DNA from: Marsupella aquatica
Taxonomy: Eukaryota > Plantae > Marchantiophyta
Length of the DNA stretch: 64,000 bases
Direction: 5' to 3'
Assembly: GCA_973895155.1 (NCBI GenBank)
Contig: OZ316892.1
Coordinates: forward strand, 20,347,869 to 20,411,868
Below are positions 49,801 through 62,165 of this stretch, piece after piece. The position numbers and the translations under genes are program-made. The first letter of the stretch is position 1, and each line of letters starts with the position of its first letter. The notes beneath the pieces are model-generated. The model saw only the letters and a list, made by a program, of their open reading frames with translations. It was not told where the DNA came from and ran no database searches.

Positions 49801-52189
49801 TTGCAGAAATTTAGAAAAAAGTAGACCAAAGCTATTAACTGCTACAATTGATGAAATGCGAAGGGAAAAGTAAGATTGTGAACAACCTTAGCGCAGGCTT
49901 CAAAATAAGAGGCCTTGGCTTCTGCAGCAATTCGACTCTCTGACTCAGCCGTCAACCTTAACTGTGCTTTGCCAGGCCCTGAACCTGTGTGCGTAGGCAA
50001 GTGACTAATCCGTGGTTCTTGCTGTGGGCTGTCGTTTGTCCGTCTTTCCTTCGCTAATGCTTCTTGGAAACTCTTTCTTGCTTCGCTTACCTCAGCCTCT
50101 TCAGCTTCAAGTTTTGGATTTCTTTGGGTACGAGGAGCACCTTGCTCAAGTTCTTCAGTGAATTTGGAATTAAATTCCGGTCGCTCATGGACCTGGATAC
50201 GAATCCCTTCTGCAGCCTGCCTCAAGATTAAAACATTAACGTCAGATCCTCCGTCAGAATGAGAAAGGGCACACATCATTTACATTTCTAGTTGGCTAAG
50301 ACCTCTTTTGTTTACAGATTCCACAGAAAGTACATTTACTTCCCTTTCAATTTAATTTTCCCATCTTTTACCAACCATAAGATGCTGACCTCAACAGAGG
50401 CTTCATGCAAAGAACTCTTCTGTACTGTAGCTCCTCTAGCCCGTCCCTGACTAGGTACTTGTGTCGTAGTTGAGTCTTTTTGCTCCTTTTGAAGACCTTC
50501 CTCTCTAGACACTAGAGCTGCCAGGTTCTCGTGATCCCTTTGTATGCACCAAAACATAGGATCTGAGGGTTCGTTCTCCAAGTAATTGTATTGACTTATG
50601 TTGTTTGTCCCTAACGTTGCCTTCCATGCTTTTTTGTATGCAGAAATCTTATCGTCCGCATCTACTTGAGCAGAGTTTTTCTCCAATTTTTCACACGGAC
50701 ATTCCTCCCCCAACAATGGAACCTTCAAATTCTCTTCATTCTGGAGATCCCAGTACTGGGTTTCCAAGAAGTCTTTCTCCACGTCTTGATTTTCAGTCCC
50801 TCCCTTGGTGCCCAAACTTGTCTTCCAAACCGCTTCAACAGCCTCTCTGAGTCTGTTATGAGATCCATGGACTTTGGTTTTGGTCCCATTAGACCCGTAT
50901 GGTACTTCATCATACAGTTTCTCTATTTTCAGCTTAATGCTTTCATCATTCTTATCATTCTGATCTGAGACTCGTTGAGGGCCCCTCGTGGACCCTGCAG
51001 ATGCAATCCAGGCTATCTCCGCATGAAATTGTTCTGGACCAACAATCTTTGTTGATATTTCTAGGACTGATTTCGCATGAGCCTGCCTCCCAGACTCTTG
51101 CACACAGAACTTGTTTGCATCTTTTCTCTGCCTTTCGTCTTTGTACTTGTCTTGTAAAGATGCCTGTTCTTGGGACACGTAGCGATGGCTGCCTACTACA
51201 TCCTGTTCATTCAAAGTAATGAGATGAGTACTAAAGTCGGATCGGCCCAAGTTTAAGACAAAGTATTGCGATCAACAGGGACACGACAATGCGAAGTTTG
51301 GGTCTCACTCACACAGGAAGTACAAAATGTGCCTTGGGGCGATACTAACCTTGTCTTCAGCTTTCATGTCAGAACCAGTCTGGTATACAATTTGACTCTG
51401 TTTGCTTTCACCTTCACCAAGCCTCCCCGTAGTATGATATGAGCTTTTGGATGTTATTCTCTCACTTGAATTCCAAATGCTGGGTACTTCTCTAGATGAT
51501 TGCTGACTGGACGCTCGGGCTCCACAGCTTTTCTTTCCTGGTCTTTCTGGAGGAGATACGTCCCTCTGCTGACTCTCAGTTTCAGTGCAAGTACTACATG
51601 TCCATGTCCAACCAGTTTTCTTCTCTGATAATTTTCCAGAACTACAGGCAGAATCATCGTCCAAGCTAGAAGTTGTCTCATCACATAGATCGTCATTTTG
51701 GATAGTAGCTTTACAATCTCCCCCCCTTAAATTTAACCCTGAAGCCCGTACTCTTTCCTGAGATTTAGATACCTCCATACCTAGAGTTTTAACAATCTCT
51801 TTTCTTTTAACGGTCTCATCTCTGTTCTTAGTAAGAACTACTTTTTTCCGCATACTTGTCTCATATCTAGATCGCCTCACCAAAGTGGTAGGAGCCGTAC
51901 TGAGACCTGGGGTCCTACCTCCAGTGATTGAATCGGACTGCGAAGAAGAAGAATCATAAGGGTCACCATACGATCGAGTTGGTTGAGACTCTTTTCCTGC
52001 CACGAAGCTGTTTTGAGCCTTTCTCATACTTGATCTTGACCTGCATGCACCACCTTGTGAAACAGTGTTTTGTGAACAGCGTTGATCATTTGGCGTGGAG
52101 AGTTTCTTTGTGTGATTGACTGACTGGCTTTTGGTAGCCTTCAATCGTAGATGACTTGGCTTGGGAGATCTTGGATTACTCTCTCTCAT
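43821..52189 (-). CDS. Large coiled-coil protein of unknown function (about 1,790 aa); C-terminus resembles the Arabidopsis At3g55060/At2g39300-type coiled-coil family
   Basis: Phase-consistent exons: 52189-51350, 51202-50390, 50216-49887, 49787-49563, 49300-48239, 47560-47322, 46844-46687, 46335-46130, 45904-45275, 44991-44698, 44384-43821. The E/K/Q/L heptad-rich C-terminal half ends HQLEEEIMEKEGQISILTSSFP. The family resemblance is from memory (LEED.L.KEGQITIL). The start codon, two weak donors (gttgtt, gttcga) and the 47560 acceptor are uncertain. Confidence 0.8.
45657..45972 (-). repeat. Tandem duplication (~145-170 bp) spanning a 3' splice site of the coiled-coil gene
   Basis: LMNKEISSTTK.L.SEVEPEQTRE is encoded twice, and tgttgtgtcgatgttg.tggaatcatccctg is present in both the intron and the exon. 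A 24-nt repeat (QLELMNKD/QLELMNKE) is nested inside. Confidence 0.85.
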
Positions 52190-54561
52190 TTCTTTGTCCT
52201 TAAGTTGGTCTCCTGTTGCTGCTGTTACTGTTCTAAGCTTGGAGTCCAATTTGAGTAATTCTCAATCCGATTCGTCCGCAAATGTCCTGAAAATCATTCG
52301 GCTGTTTCAACTTGCGCTGACCTCATAGATTGTAAAGTTGTGTTGGATTGTTGTCAAACCCTAGAGGACGACAGTTTAGCCGCAAAAGTCCATGATTCGT
52401 TACTATACATTATTCATCATTGATGTAAATTGCAAAATTCATTGGGAAGTAGAACGATTGACGATGCAACATCATCGTTAAGCTAATTTTGTGTATGGAG
52501 CTCAAGCATCGGGAAGTCTTACACCCTAAATCAGCTTAGTCCAGCACTACAGCGACGAGAGCTAATTGAGGGCAATCGCCACTCTGGCCTGAGTTCTACG
52601 CAGTCATGGGGAACACCATCAAACAGTAGTGGTAACAATTCCTAACTGGGAATCCAACGTTGGGGACCGGTGTATGCCAGACAACCCGTCTCCTAAATTG
52701 GACCAGAAAAGAGCCACTCACTCGATAGCTATCCCAAGATGCCCTTCAATTCACTTCAGCCCGTCATTCACCAGAATCTATAATCTGGTTGCTGTCGATT
52801 GCAAAGGATCCTCTTCTTTCTAGGATATTGCCAGCTGTAAACTTCAGAACTGTAATGAACAATGCACGTACTGGTGTCCCTTAGATTTACAACATCATGT
52901 ACTTTGGCCAGACGGCTGCGGAATCAAACTCGCTAGAAAGGGAAATCTTTGCTGAGGGCACCAGCGACTCGCAGAAAGTTTCCATTGCGACCACATCCTT
53001 CCTGCCCTTGCGATGGCACATGGCGTGATGGACAAGAGAGATCCCCTCGGAAACTATGCAAACATGGACCTGACCAACATTTTGGGTACATGGAAGGGAA
53101 CAGAAATTCCAGTGTACCTCGAAAGCAACGCTGATAATTTGTAAAGCAACGCTGATAATTTGTTTTGTGGTCTAATTCAACACTTCAGTTACCAGATGCA
53201 GTTCGAGGTGATTCAGTATTGACGTCACGGGACGTGGGAATAACAGTAAAAGACACTTCAAGATTGCAAAACTTGGGTGTTGCACAGTGAGGGGACACTT
53301 CTCCATGACCTTCAAGGTCTATCCACATTGAGAAACATCGTCCTCAACCGATGAGCCATGATGATGCAGATAAACTATTACCGCGGGCTGAGCTCTTTGT
53401 CCCGTTTCGGCTGAAGAGGGGAATCTCAGGCAATTGAATCAGAGAACGGAAATATCTAGGTAGGGTGATGAGACCCTCCATGTACACATTGGTTTGTAAA
53501 TGCATCGAGAAAAACGAATTTGTGAGGAGGATAATTCGAAAGGCAACATGAAATTTACAAGATACGCAAGCGGGTCACTTTCCGAGAGGTTTCATAAATT
53601 CAAATCAACATCACACCAGAATCCCAAGGAAGTCAGACGCAAGCTCTTGAGAACGGTCGCGCAGTGGAGATTCCAAATATTGACAGAGGGCGCGAGATTC
53701 CACGCATCGCTGACTTCAGCAGGTACCAGAAGAGACGGTTGCTGCAGTGCCCCCCAAGACACTGAAAGTGGAAGTGGACAACATACTCAAGTTGTCTAAC
53801 AACGGAGCTGGGTAGGACAGATATGCAAAATTGACCACTTCCTCCGCGATCTACTTTTCCCATTTGGAAAGCATTTACTAACAAAAACCCGAACAAGCAA
53901 TTGGCTGTTCGCACTGAACCAACTCTAAAAACGAGGCTAGTTTGTAAAGGGCATTTCGGAATTAGCCCGTTTGGAATGAGGTTGACTACACTCAGCAGCT
54001 TTTCTAACAATCGAAGTTCTCTTTTATTCGCCGTCTCCTCCGCTAAACTACCAAAATTTTAGTACCTGAGTCAAAGATACCACGCTACAGAATGAAAATT
54101 AGTAAGGGGGAAAGAAACCAAGGGAGAAGCTTGATCGAGATCCGGGCAATACCCCATGGGCTCCCAGAATTGGTAGAGACCCACGGGCTCCCAGAATTGG
54201 TAGAGCTTCCTGTAAAAGGGCTTCCTGCACCTTGCAAGAATTACATGACAAGCAGGAAATCAGTTGGGATAATATCTCAGAGAACCAATCAATCAATCCC
54301 CAGTACAAGAGATAAAGAAAACAAAACACGGTGTACAAGAGATAGCCTGCTGGTCGAGATTCATGAATGATAGCAATTAGTCATGACGTCCCAAGAATTA
54401 ATCAATCTCCAGAACTTAAAACGATTATCGAAATTTGCCGCACCGGACCTCTGCTGGTCCCGATTAGCAATCTTTATCTTATGCTCTCGTAGCAAAATGA
54501 GAACTCATGCTTGGACATTCAAACTAGCCCGAGCAACAATTTTATCTTTTCGTCTCTCCAG

Positions 54562-54740
54562 AAACACTCCATCCTAATCTATCTGGTTGAGGTCTAGAGC
54601 CTCCCAGTCAATATGACCGGTATTACTAAAAAAAACCACGAACTCGGAATTGAACACTCCATCATAATCTATCTGGGTGAGGTCTGGAGCTCCCAGTCAA
54701 TATGACCGGTATTACTAAAAGAACCATGAACTCAGAACTG
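54562..54740. repeat. Tandem duplication of about 90 bp (a 29-bp doublet also occurs at ~54151-54205)
   Basis: aacactccatc.taatctatctgg.tgaggtct.gagc.tcccagtcaatatgaccggtattactaaaa occurs twice. Confidence 0.9.
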
Positions 54741-55686
54741 TGTCAGCTTCATGCCGTTTCGGATTCAACTGGGCCTCGCCGAAATGAAGGTTATATGCCC
54801 TTCGTCACCAATGTCGACGGGGAAGTCCAGAAAGGAGCCAAACACAACGATGGGTGGTAAATTCTAACTCCTTCACGGCTCTCGGCCAAAACAAGGCTCA
54901 CCCACTTTCAGAACCGTGCAGGAATGCCTTAGATGGCTACTTTGCTACCCATATTGGAAATCACACTAACAGAAGAGCCGTCGAAAGACCTGCTCTACTG
55001 TTGATTGCCAAATTTTGGGTCACGGCTCATAACACAGAAAACTAATCTAGGCGAATAGATTTCCCTGTTCCTCTGCACGAAGTCATGAAAAGCTTTGGGG
55101 AATTCTTCAATTGATTGCTTTTCCCGAGGAATTCTTCGATTGATTTTCCCGAAGTCCCCCCCAAAATTCCCAATAATCCCAGTTTGCAGCTCCAGAGCCC
55201 AGAAAAATCCTTTTCAAAGCCATTTGCCAGCCTCAAATATCGTAGCCCATTTCTTACAACCCCAGTACCCGGCCCATAAACGTGCACCAACCCCGTTTGT
55301 TGCGATGAAAACGAATGATTTGAGTCCACCACGAGCCCGATCACTACTTATCGAAGAGCTCTGATGAGCAGAGGGACGATGCCCTAAAAAGCTGTGCAAT
55401 TCGGCATAAACTCTAATCTCAACGTGCCTATCCTGAAGGGTAACAGGGTATGCCATGATAACGCAGAAATGAAGAATGAATCAATTCGTGAGATATGAAT
55501 TAATTAGATGCAGCTACAAATGTGGCAACGAAGGATCGACACGTTTTTCAGTACTACCGATGCATAGGTAGAAGAAAAGCAATTGTTGGAAGAGGATATC
55601 ACGGCTTGCCTGGTATGTGTGACGGAAACATCCATCGAGAGCCAAATGCGAAGGGATAGGGAAACACAAAAAAACTAAAAAGATAC

Positions 55687-58135
55687 TTAAAAGAATCGGA
55701 GGTGTTGGAAGAGAGCATGGAGGAGCAGGATCGAGAACAGAGTGCTGGCCGAAATGGCAAAAATAGGAGATGCATTTGGGTTCGAGGGAGGTGGAGGAAC
55801 AAAAGGGTTAATATTAGGGGCAGTGAAAGGAGCAGGTGGAGGAGGAGGTGGTGGAACATAAAACAGAGGTGGCGGTGGAGCAAGAGCTCCAGGTGGTGGT
55901 GGGGGAGCGATAGTTCCTAGTGGTGGTGGGGGAGCAAAAATAGTTACGGGTGGTGGTGGGGAAGGAAAAGTTCCTAGTGGTGGTGGTGGAGGAAGGGGAA
56001 GAGAAGGTGGGGGAGGAGGAAACAATGCAGGAGGTGGTGGGTAAAGAGGAACAAGAGGTGGTGGAGGAGGAAACAGGCCAGGAGGTGGTGGGGAAAGAGG
56101 AACAACAATTGGTGGTGGTGGTGGGGGAGAAACAAGTCCAGGAGGTGGCGGAGAAGCAAAAAATGAAGGTGGTGGAGGAGAAGGATATATACCAGGTGGA
56201 GGAAGATCCAACGTCCCTACTGTGGAGACAGGTGTAGGTGATGGTGGAAGAGCAGCAACAGGAGGATCCAGAGCAGGGATGATGCCCACATTATACACAG
56301 GAGTGCCATTCGCATAGAACAGTCCAAAATGCTTTTCAGAGCCCGCTCCGGCTTTCAAGTCCTCATCAAATAAGTCAAAAAGATAAGTATCAATCGCAAC
56401 TCCCGGTCTTAATGGCGTCCCTGCGTTCGTAACCAACCGCTTGATCAAATTCCCGTTGAACGTTTTAGCAGCGAGCCAGCCAGGTCCGATTTCATATTGA
56501 TCCCCTGAGTGAGGCCACCCGGTCTCGGTCACAGCTATGCTGATGTTGGTGAACCCCATCTTTGCTATGGCTGTGTAGAGAGCGTCCAGCTGAGCGTCCC
56601 ACATGGAGGTGTACGTGATGTTGGTCACATTATCGAAACGAGTCTCTGTGGCGTTGGGCTGGAACAGCACAAAGTTGAGCGACGTGTTCTGAGGGTCTGA
56701 AGTATATGCAAAGTAGGGGTATGCGTTCACCATGAATGGAGCTCCAGTAGACGCGAGAAAAGGCATGATTGGCCCCAAAATACTTCCTTCCCAGGACCTG
56801 AACGAGGCATTGGACGGAGGAGCAGAGTACTCCAGCACGCTGAGTGCACTCGGGGTGCCCACCTTGACCTGGCCATCCAGACCAACAGACACGAGTGCTG
56901 CATGAAGGTTCTGCAAGGCCGGGAGAAGCTGATTAGCCACGTTGGACGCATACGCGAGCACCTCGTTTCCCAGAGCGATGCCGGTGATGTTCGTCGTCGG
57001 ATAAGCTACAACATTGGTGTTCACCCATTGGAGAGCATAGCCAGGAGTCTGGGCCAGAGGCACCACCTGGTCGTTTCCTGCACCGATGACCATTTCTATC
57101 CCGGATCCTGCAAAAGCGTTGAGTATGGCTGGATCGGCGCCAAAGAGCTTCACTTTGGTGATGGTCGTGGATTGAACTAGTAGCAGAATCGTCTCGGGGG
57201 GCAGGAGGTTGTCAGCCACCTGCCCGAGGTTCACTCCGATTGTTGCACCAGCATCTACGTCAATGAGTTACGACCACAGCACAGTTAGAGTGGAGATCAT
57301 AGACTCCGCGCACTAGAGGGACGTAGCTGAATTCATTCTCCGTTGATCCAGATGCACTCCATTGAGAATGAGATGGACTGAGAAGCTTGAATCTAGTCAG
57401 TATGTCGCACATACAACCAAAGCGCAATGCTTCGCCTTCATTCAGAAGCAATCGAACGAGAATCAGGTGGACCATTGAAGCATTGGATATAGTAAGGATG
57501 TCACAGATGTGCCGTATGAACACTTGGTACCCGGATGGACTGCAGTAAGAAGTAGATGGATACGAAAGCATGAATCTAGTGCGGAACACGTCCCTAGACA
57601 TTATCAATGATTGGGTCCTCATCTAGTTGCTTTCATAGTGGACACATCGCAAATGCGAATACATGAATGACTCGCTGACTCCATATGAGCACGAAACCGA
57701 AAGGTCAGGAAGTGACACAACGTTGGGAATCATATTTCGGGTGAGAATTCAACATATGTCTGTAGAATTGTTGGACTAATTTTCCTCAACAGGACATAGA
57801 GTTGAGATGCAAATGTGCAACGACCAGAATATTGCGAGGGATAGAGCAAACGGTGGAAGACACTGTAGTAAACGGGGAATCCGAGAGTGAAGGGGCAATT
57901 GCTACGGGAGAACCATCTTCAGTTGCAAGCCTAAGATTCGACAGGTCACCTATCGTCAAGAGTGAAAATTGAAATATCGTCACTGCCAATAGACCAATCA
58001 ACTCTCTTTCAGCACGAAATGAAACTAGAATCCAAGAGCAGAGGTCAAACGCTTACCGGAAATGAGTAGGCAGGTCAAACAGAAAGCAAGTATCACCCGA
58101 GTGGATTTCACCGTGTCTGGAGACGGGTTCGCCAT
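55687..58135 (-). CDS. Glycoside hydrolase family 17 endo-beta-1,3-glucanase with an extensin-like Pro-rich stalk and a GPI-anchor signal, about 548 aa
   Basis: Exon 1 58135-58057 (MANPSPDTVKSTRVILAFCLTCLLIS, donor G|gtaagc) and exon 2 57254-55687 (tag|AT GCT GGT GCA ACA ATC GGA GTG AAC). GH17 motifs IGVNLGQVADNL, ALGNEV (acid/base Glu), FMVNAYPYFAY, VTETGWP (nucleophile Glu) and YLFDLFDEDLK...SEKHFGLF, then a ~170-aa poly-Pro tract and a hydrophobic tail. Confidence 0.96.
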
Positions 58136-58408
58136 GACTAACCGTCCACACCACGTCCCCAGTTCGTACTCAAACCAAATTCCTGTTGTTAAAATCCGAG
58201 TCTATTGTACGAAGTTCACACTTCTCTTGCCAGACCGCACCAAACACTGCACGGATCGATAACTAGTAAAACTTTACAAACTCCTCGATCTCCCGACCTG
58301 ATTCTAAACCCAGTTTTGCGTCAACAAGCTTCAATCTTCAATCCAGCTTCGTCAAACTTCTCGAGGCAGTGGAGCAGAGTGAGGAATGTTCCGGGAGCCC
58401 TTCTCAAC

Positions 58409-58434
58409 GCAGCAGCAGCAGCAGCAGCAGCAGC
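58409..58434. repeat. (GCA)8 microsatellite in the probable 5' leader of the GH17 gene
   Basis: Directly visible. An 11-bp caaaaggcaaa array also occurs at 58970-59010. Confidence 0.9.
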
Positions 58435-59102
58435 GTTGTCAGACAACGCGTGCCTTCCAATCCGCCGTCATTCGTCCATCCTTCTTCAGTGCTTCCTTTC
58501 TCGCCCTCCTCTTTCTCCTCCTCCTGGACTTTCTCCGGTCGGATCCTGCACTCCTTACCCTTGTCACGTAGATCTCCCAGACACCTCAACTCCGAAAAGG
58601 ACCAAATGCAACGACAGAAACCCAACAATAACTACTGTACTCCAGCAGCCACTGTAGCTGCGGTGGTGAATGATGGATTGATGAATTAGACTGCGCTGAT
58701 CTCCACTCCAGGAGGTTTTCCACTCATCACTCAAAGCAACTCAAGTCGGTCCGGTCCAGTGCTTCTGTGCGCTGCCAATCTACCAGCAGGACACGGTGTG
58801 CTGATCATCCAAGGCTGCAGCTTCCTGGCTAGAGAGAGGAGGGGATTCTCGAGCTGGTTGTTGTGACCCAACGTACAGGAACGGAATGCTTCCAGCCTAG
58901 ACTAGTAGAAGCCTCGCCCATCACCTTTGTCACCTTTGTCGTCGATTGTCCACTGTACAGATGCCCAAGCAAAAGGCACACAAAAGGCAAACAAAAGGCA
59001 AACAAAAGGCAGCTCATGAGGGAAGCAACGGCTGACCCAGCAGCAACGGACACTTTATTTATTACTGCCCCCGGCGGCTGACCGGCTGTCTGGCCAGCAG
59101 AC

Positions 59103-59552
59103 TACAATAGTGCCATCCTTCCGCAAATATATTGTTATTAAAATTTTAGACCCTGTCTCACAAAACAAGCTCGAAACAATTTTGGCATGGAAGTTTAGAG
59201 AATATGTTGAACATCTCGATCTACTGTAGAGGCCTAACTTTTCATTGTAGCCTAAAAAATAGAGACGAGGAGAGAAAACAGAAAAATCTTGCAGGAAAAG
59301 ATGAGTACTCATTATTTTGTGTTCAACTATGCCCCCATCCTTCTCATTTTAAATGTCTAGAGACTTCAAAATGATTACGCATTATTTTATGTTCATGTTC
59401 TAGACAGTAGACCCAAGAAGTACCTTTCAGAGTTATGCTGTAAACTGAAAATGAGACATGAGAATATATTTGATCTACTTTATTTGTTGGATTAAAAAAC
59501 ATTTTAATACTTTAATTCCACACTTTCTGTGAACTGGGATGGCACTATAGTG
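59103..59552. mobile_element. MITE-like element with short terminal inverted repeats
   Basis: ATAGTGCCATCC (59107-59118) and its reverse complement GGATGGCACTAT (59537-59548) flank a ~420-bp AT-rich non-coding interior. Confidence 0.6.
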
Positions 59553-60444
59553 CTCTTGGCCTTGTTCACCAATTGCTACCCGCCCAAGCAAAGCAGCTGA
59601 GTTTTTTGGAGGCCGATTCCACCAAACTTGGCTTTCTCAGACCTTTAGTCACCTTTTACTAAAAATTATAAGTGGCTGCAACAAGATAAATAAATCATCT
59701 AGACACATTGATTTAAATTTAGGGTGAGTTATTGTTTGACATTGGTATGGTATCCCAACTAGTGAGAGTTCACTATCGGTCAAACTGTCTTTAGTCTCTC
59801 TCTCACGCAAATGAAAACCAGTGAAGTGGGGACAAGTGAGCCAGGTGGGGACTTGTCCATGTGTTGCTGTTGCCAGCCCTATTGCTTCCCCACCAAGGTG
59901 AGTTGGGCAGGGGAAGCACGCCGTCCAAAGGACGCCCTGACTGTCATGCTGTCTACTCTACTTCGCAGGTCTCTCCACCTGTCCAGTGAGTGACCGCTTT
60001 CTGATTCCACACTAATTTATTGGAATGGGTCCCGTACCATACTCCTCTGCTGACCTTTTTTAATTTAATTTTAATTTAATTTATAAATTCTCCAACGGTA
60101 ATCTACTCCAATAGAAAAGTAGCTGAGGTCAGCATATGATATTTTTCACGCGAAAAAATAAAAGGCGTTAATTAAACCTGGAGACTCTAATGAGACATAA
60201 TTTTTTTGATGGACCCCAAACCAAAATTTTCTCCCTAACAAAACTATGAAAATTTGGGTATCTTGATTTAAGGTATGTTAACAGTCTTGGATCACTCATG
60301 AGAGAGGTTGGGGAGTAAACCCTAAACCCACCCAAGAGCCAAAAAGCCCAAGACTGACCAGCTCAAGCCCACCACAACCTAGAACCCTAATGGAAAATTG
60401 AAAAGCCAGGTATTTTGTATCAACTTGTCACATTAATGTATTTT

Positions 60445-60542
60445 GGGGACCTGTAGCTCAGTGGTAGAATTCTACCACTCAGATGTTCTTTAGGGTTGTC
60501 TTGCATGTGATGATCCTTGGAATTTCAACCCTATGCATCCCC
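60445..60542 (+). pseudogene. tRNA-Ala(UGC)-derived pseudogene or SINE head
   Basis: GGGGA(cc)TGTAGCTCAGTGGTAGA (acceptor stem plus A box), an anticodon-loop-like CTTGCATG, a degenerate B box ATTTCAACCC and a 3' GCATCCCC. It is interrupted by a ~25-nt insertion and cannot fold as a cloverleaf. Confidence 0.6.
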
Positions 60543-61482
60543 TAACATGTAAGGAAACAGTAGATTTGGTTTGTGCACAAGATCTCTGTAGATGATTTAT
60601 GTGATTTGCTCTTGTAAAGTAAAGTTCTTTGTTTGTTATGAAATTTGAAGGTCTTGAAGGGAAGGGCTGGAAATGTTGCAGCCCTTGCTTTCCTCAAATG
60701 CTGCCGTCAGGTCTGCCTAGGGAGATGGGTCAGGCATGAAGCACTTGCTCAATGATAAGGTGACATGAGTAAATGAAACGGCCAATTTTTAAAAAACCCT
60801 GCACATTCAAGGCTGCCCTTAATGTCCTTTGGGTTTCCATTGAAGGTTTTTTGGTCATGGTCCTTTGAACAAGACACTACTGATGGCACAAGTTGGGATC
60901 CTTTTGTTCCATGAAGGAAAGTTGTAGCTATAATTTGCATGCTTATGATTAGATATCGGCATATGAACCATGTGTGATATAGTTGCCCAGGAGTATTTTG
61001 TTTTATTGTAAATGTACAATGAGTGTATTTAATTTATTTTGCTTTATTGGAGAACATGAAAAGTTCCATGATTGATAAAGTAAGCTCCTCCAGCTGATTT
61101 TTTAAAGGTTTTTATTTTATTTTAGCAAGTGTCGCAAATGCCAGCAGCTCTAAGGGAGGAGGTGCTAAGACTATTCCTTATACTGTTTTTCCTGGATTAT
61201 ATCCTTACCATTTGATATACCTAGATTTATTAACTACAGTTAGATTCTGAAAAATGGGGTCCATGATTACCCCATGATTTGGTGGGAAAGTGGCAAATGA
61301 TATACAAAGAATGTAACCAATTTTAGCTAAGGTGGCTAACATTTTTTGGTGAGGTGAAATTTGGCTAAAATTCGCACCTCAAAAATAAGCTGAGCTCCTC
61401 CTCCACACAACATCATATTGGCCATTTAAAAAACACCTTAAAAACTTGACCTGGGCTAAGGTGAGAGAGCCGCCGCACTGAC

Positions 61483-62165
61483 TTGCAGTCGGAAAGGGCA
61501 GGTTACGAAGCACGAACCCGTACCGTCGTCGTTCAAGTGGAGCAGGTAGACCTATTCAACGGTAGTGCACTACGGCAGTCACTCTGCGGGCTGAACAGAG
61601 AGCATCGACAGTCGACAAACTCAGACCGGACCCACCATCAACGGCCGATGTCGATGCTACCGTTACAAACTGTGATCGTGCACCACCTGCCGTCGACCCA
61701 CTAGAACCTTCACAACCACGGTATTGTCGAATTCATAGTTCTTCTACTTCCATGGATAGGTTTTGATAACTCCACTGACTACCTCCGTAGCATTCGAGAA
61801 CACGCCAGTGGCTGCATGTCAATGTCTGTTCCTTCGTTCCAGAAGCTCGTCTATGGTACAAAGTACAAGCGAAGACCTGTGGGCAGTGGGAAGTCGGTGG
61901 AGGTGGAGCCCGTGCTGGATATCCCTCGTGCCAATTTTCCTTTCTGCAATTCATATCATTCTGCAGGTCTGATAGTCGTTTGGGAAGATGCTTTACAACT
62001 CATTATCGGACTGAGGAATTCTCGAAACACACAGTTTCGTGGAGATTTCTGATTTGAGCAGAGCTGCCTCACAAGACTTTCAAGGGATGGAGGCAGATGC
62101 ACGAGATTCGTGAGTACGATCTTCCGTGTGTAATCCTCGGTCGGTCTATGTACGAAGAGCGTAGT
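61483..62165 (+). pseudogene. Decayed superfamily 1 (RecD-like) helicase, C-terminal half
   Basis: Collinear motif-like fragments across frames: RTVVVQVEQVDLFNGSALRQSL, GLNREHRQSTNS, VLITPLTTSVAFEN, KLVYGT, DLSRAASQDFQGMEAD, NPRSVYVRRA. Confidence 0.4.

Noticed and set aside
55702-56237. Val/Glu-, Trp/Arg- and His/Leu-rich ORFs
   Set aside because: Alternative-frame readings of the poly-proline codons of the GH17 gene.
112-58135. Chitinase, stellacyanin, ERDJ3B and glucanase as a defence or secretory gene cluster
   Set aside because: The genes belong to large families, lie 9-28 kb apart and are interleaved with unrelated genes. No shared regulatory signal was seen.
60445-60542. Functional tRNA-Ala gene
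   Set aside because: Insertions in the acceptor stem and after the D arm, and a degenerate T loop, prevent a cloverleaf.
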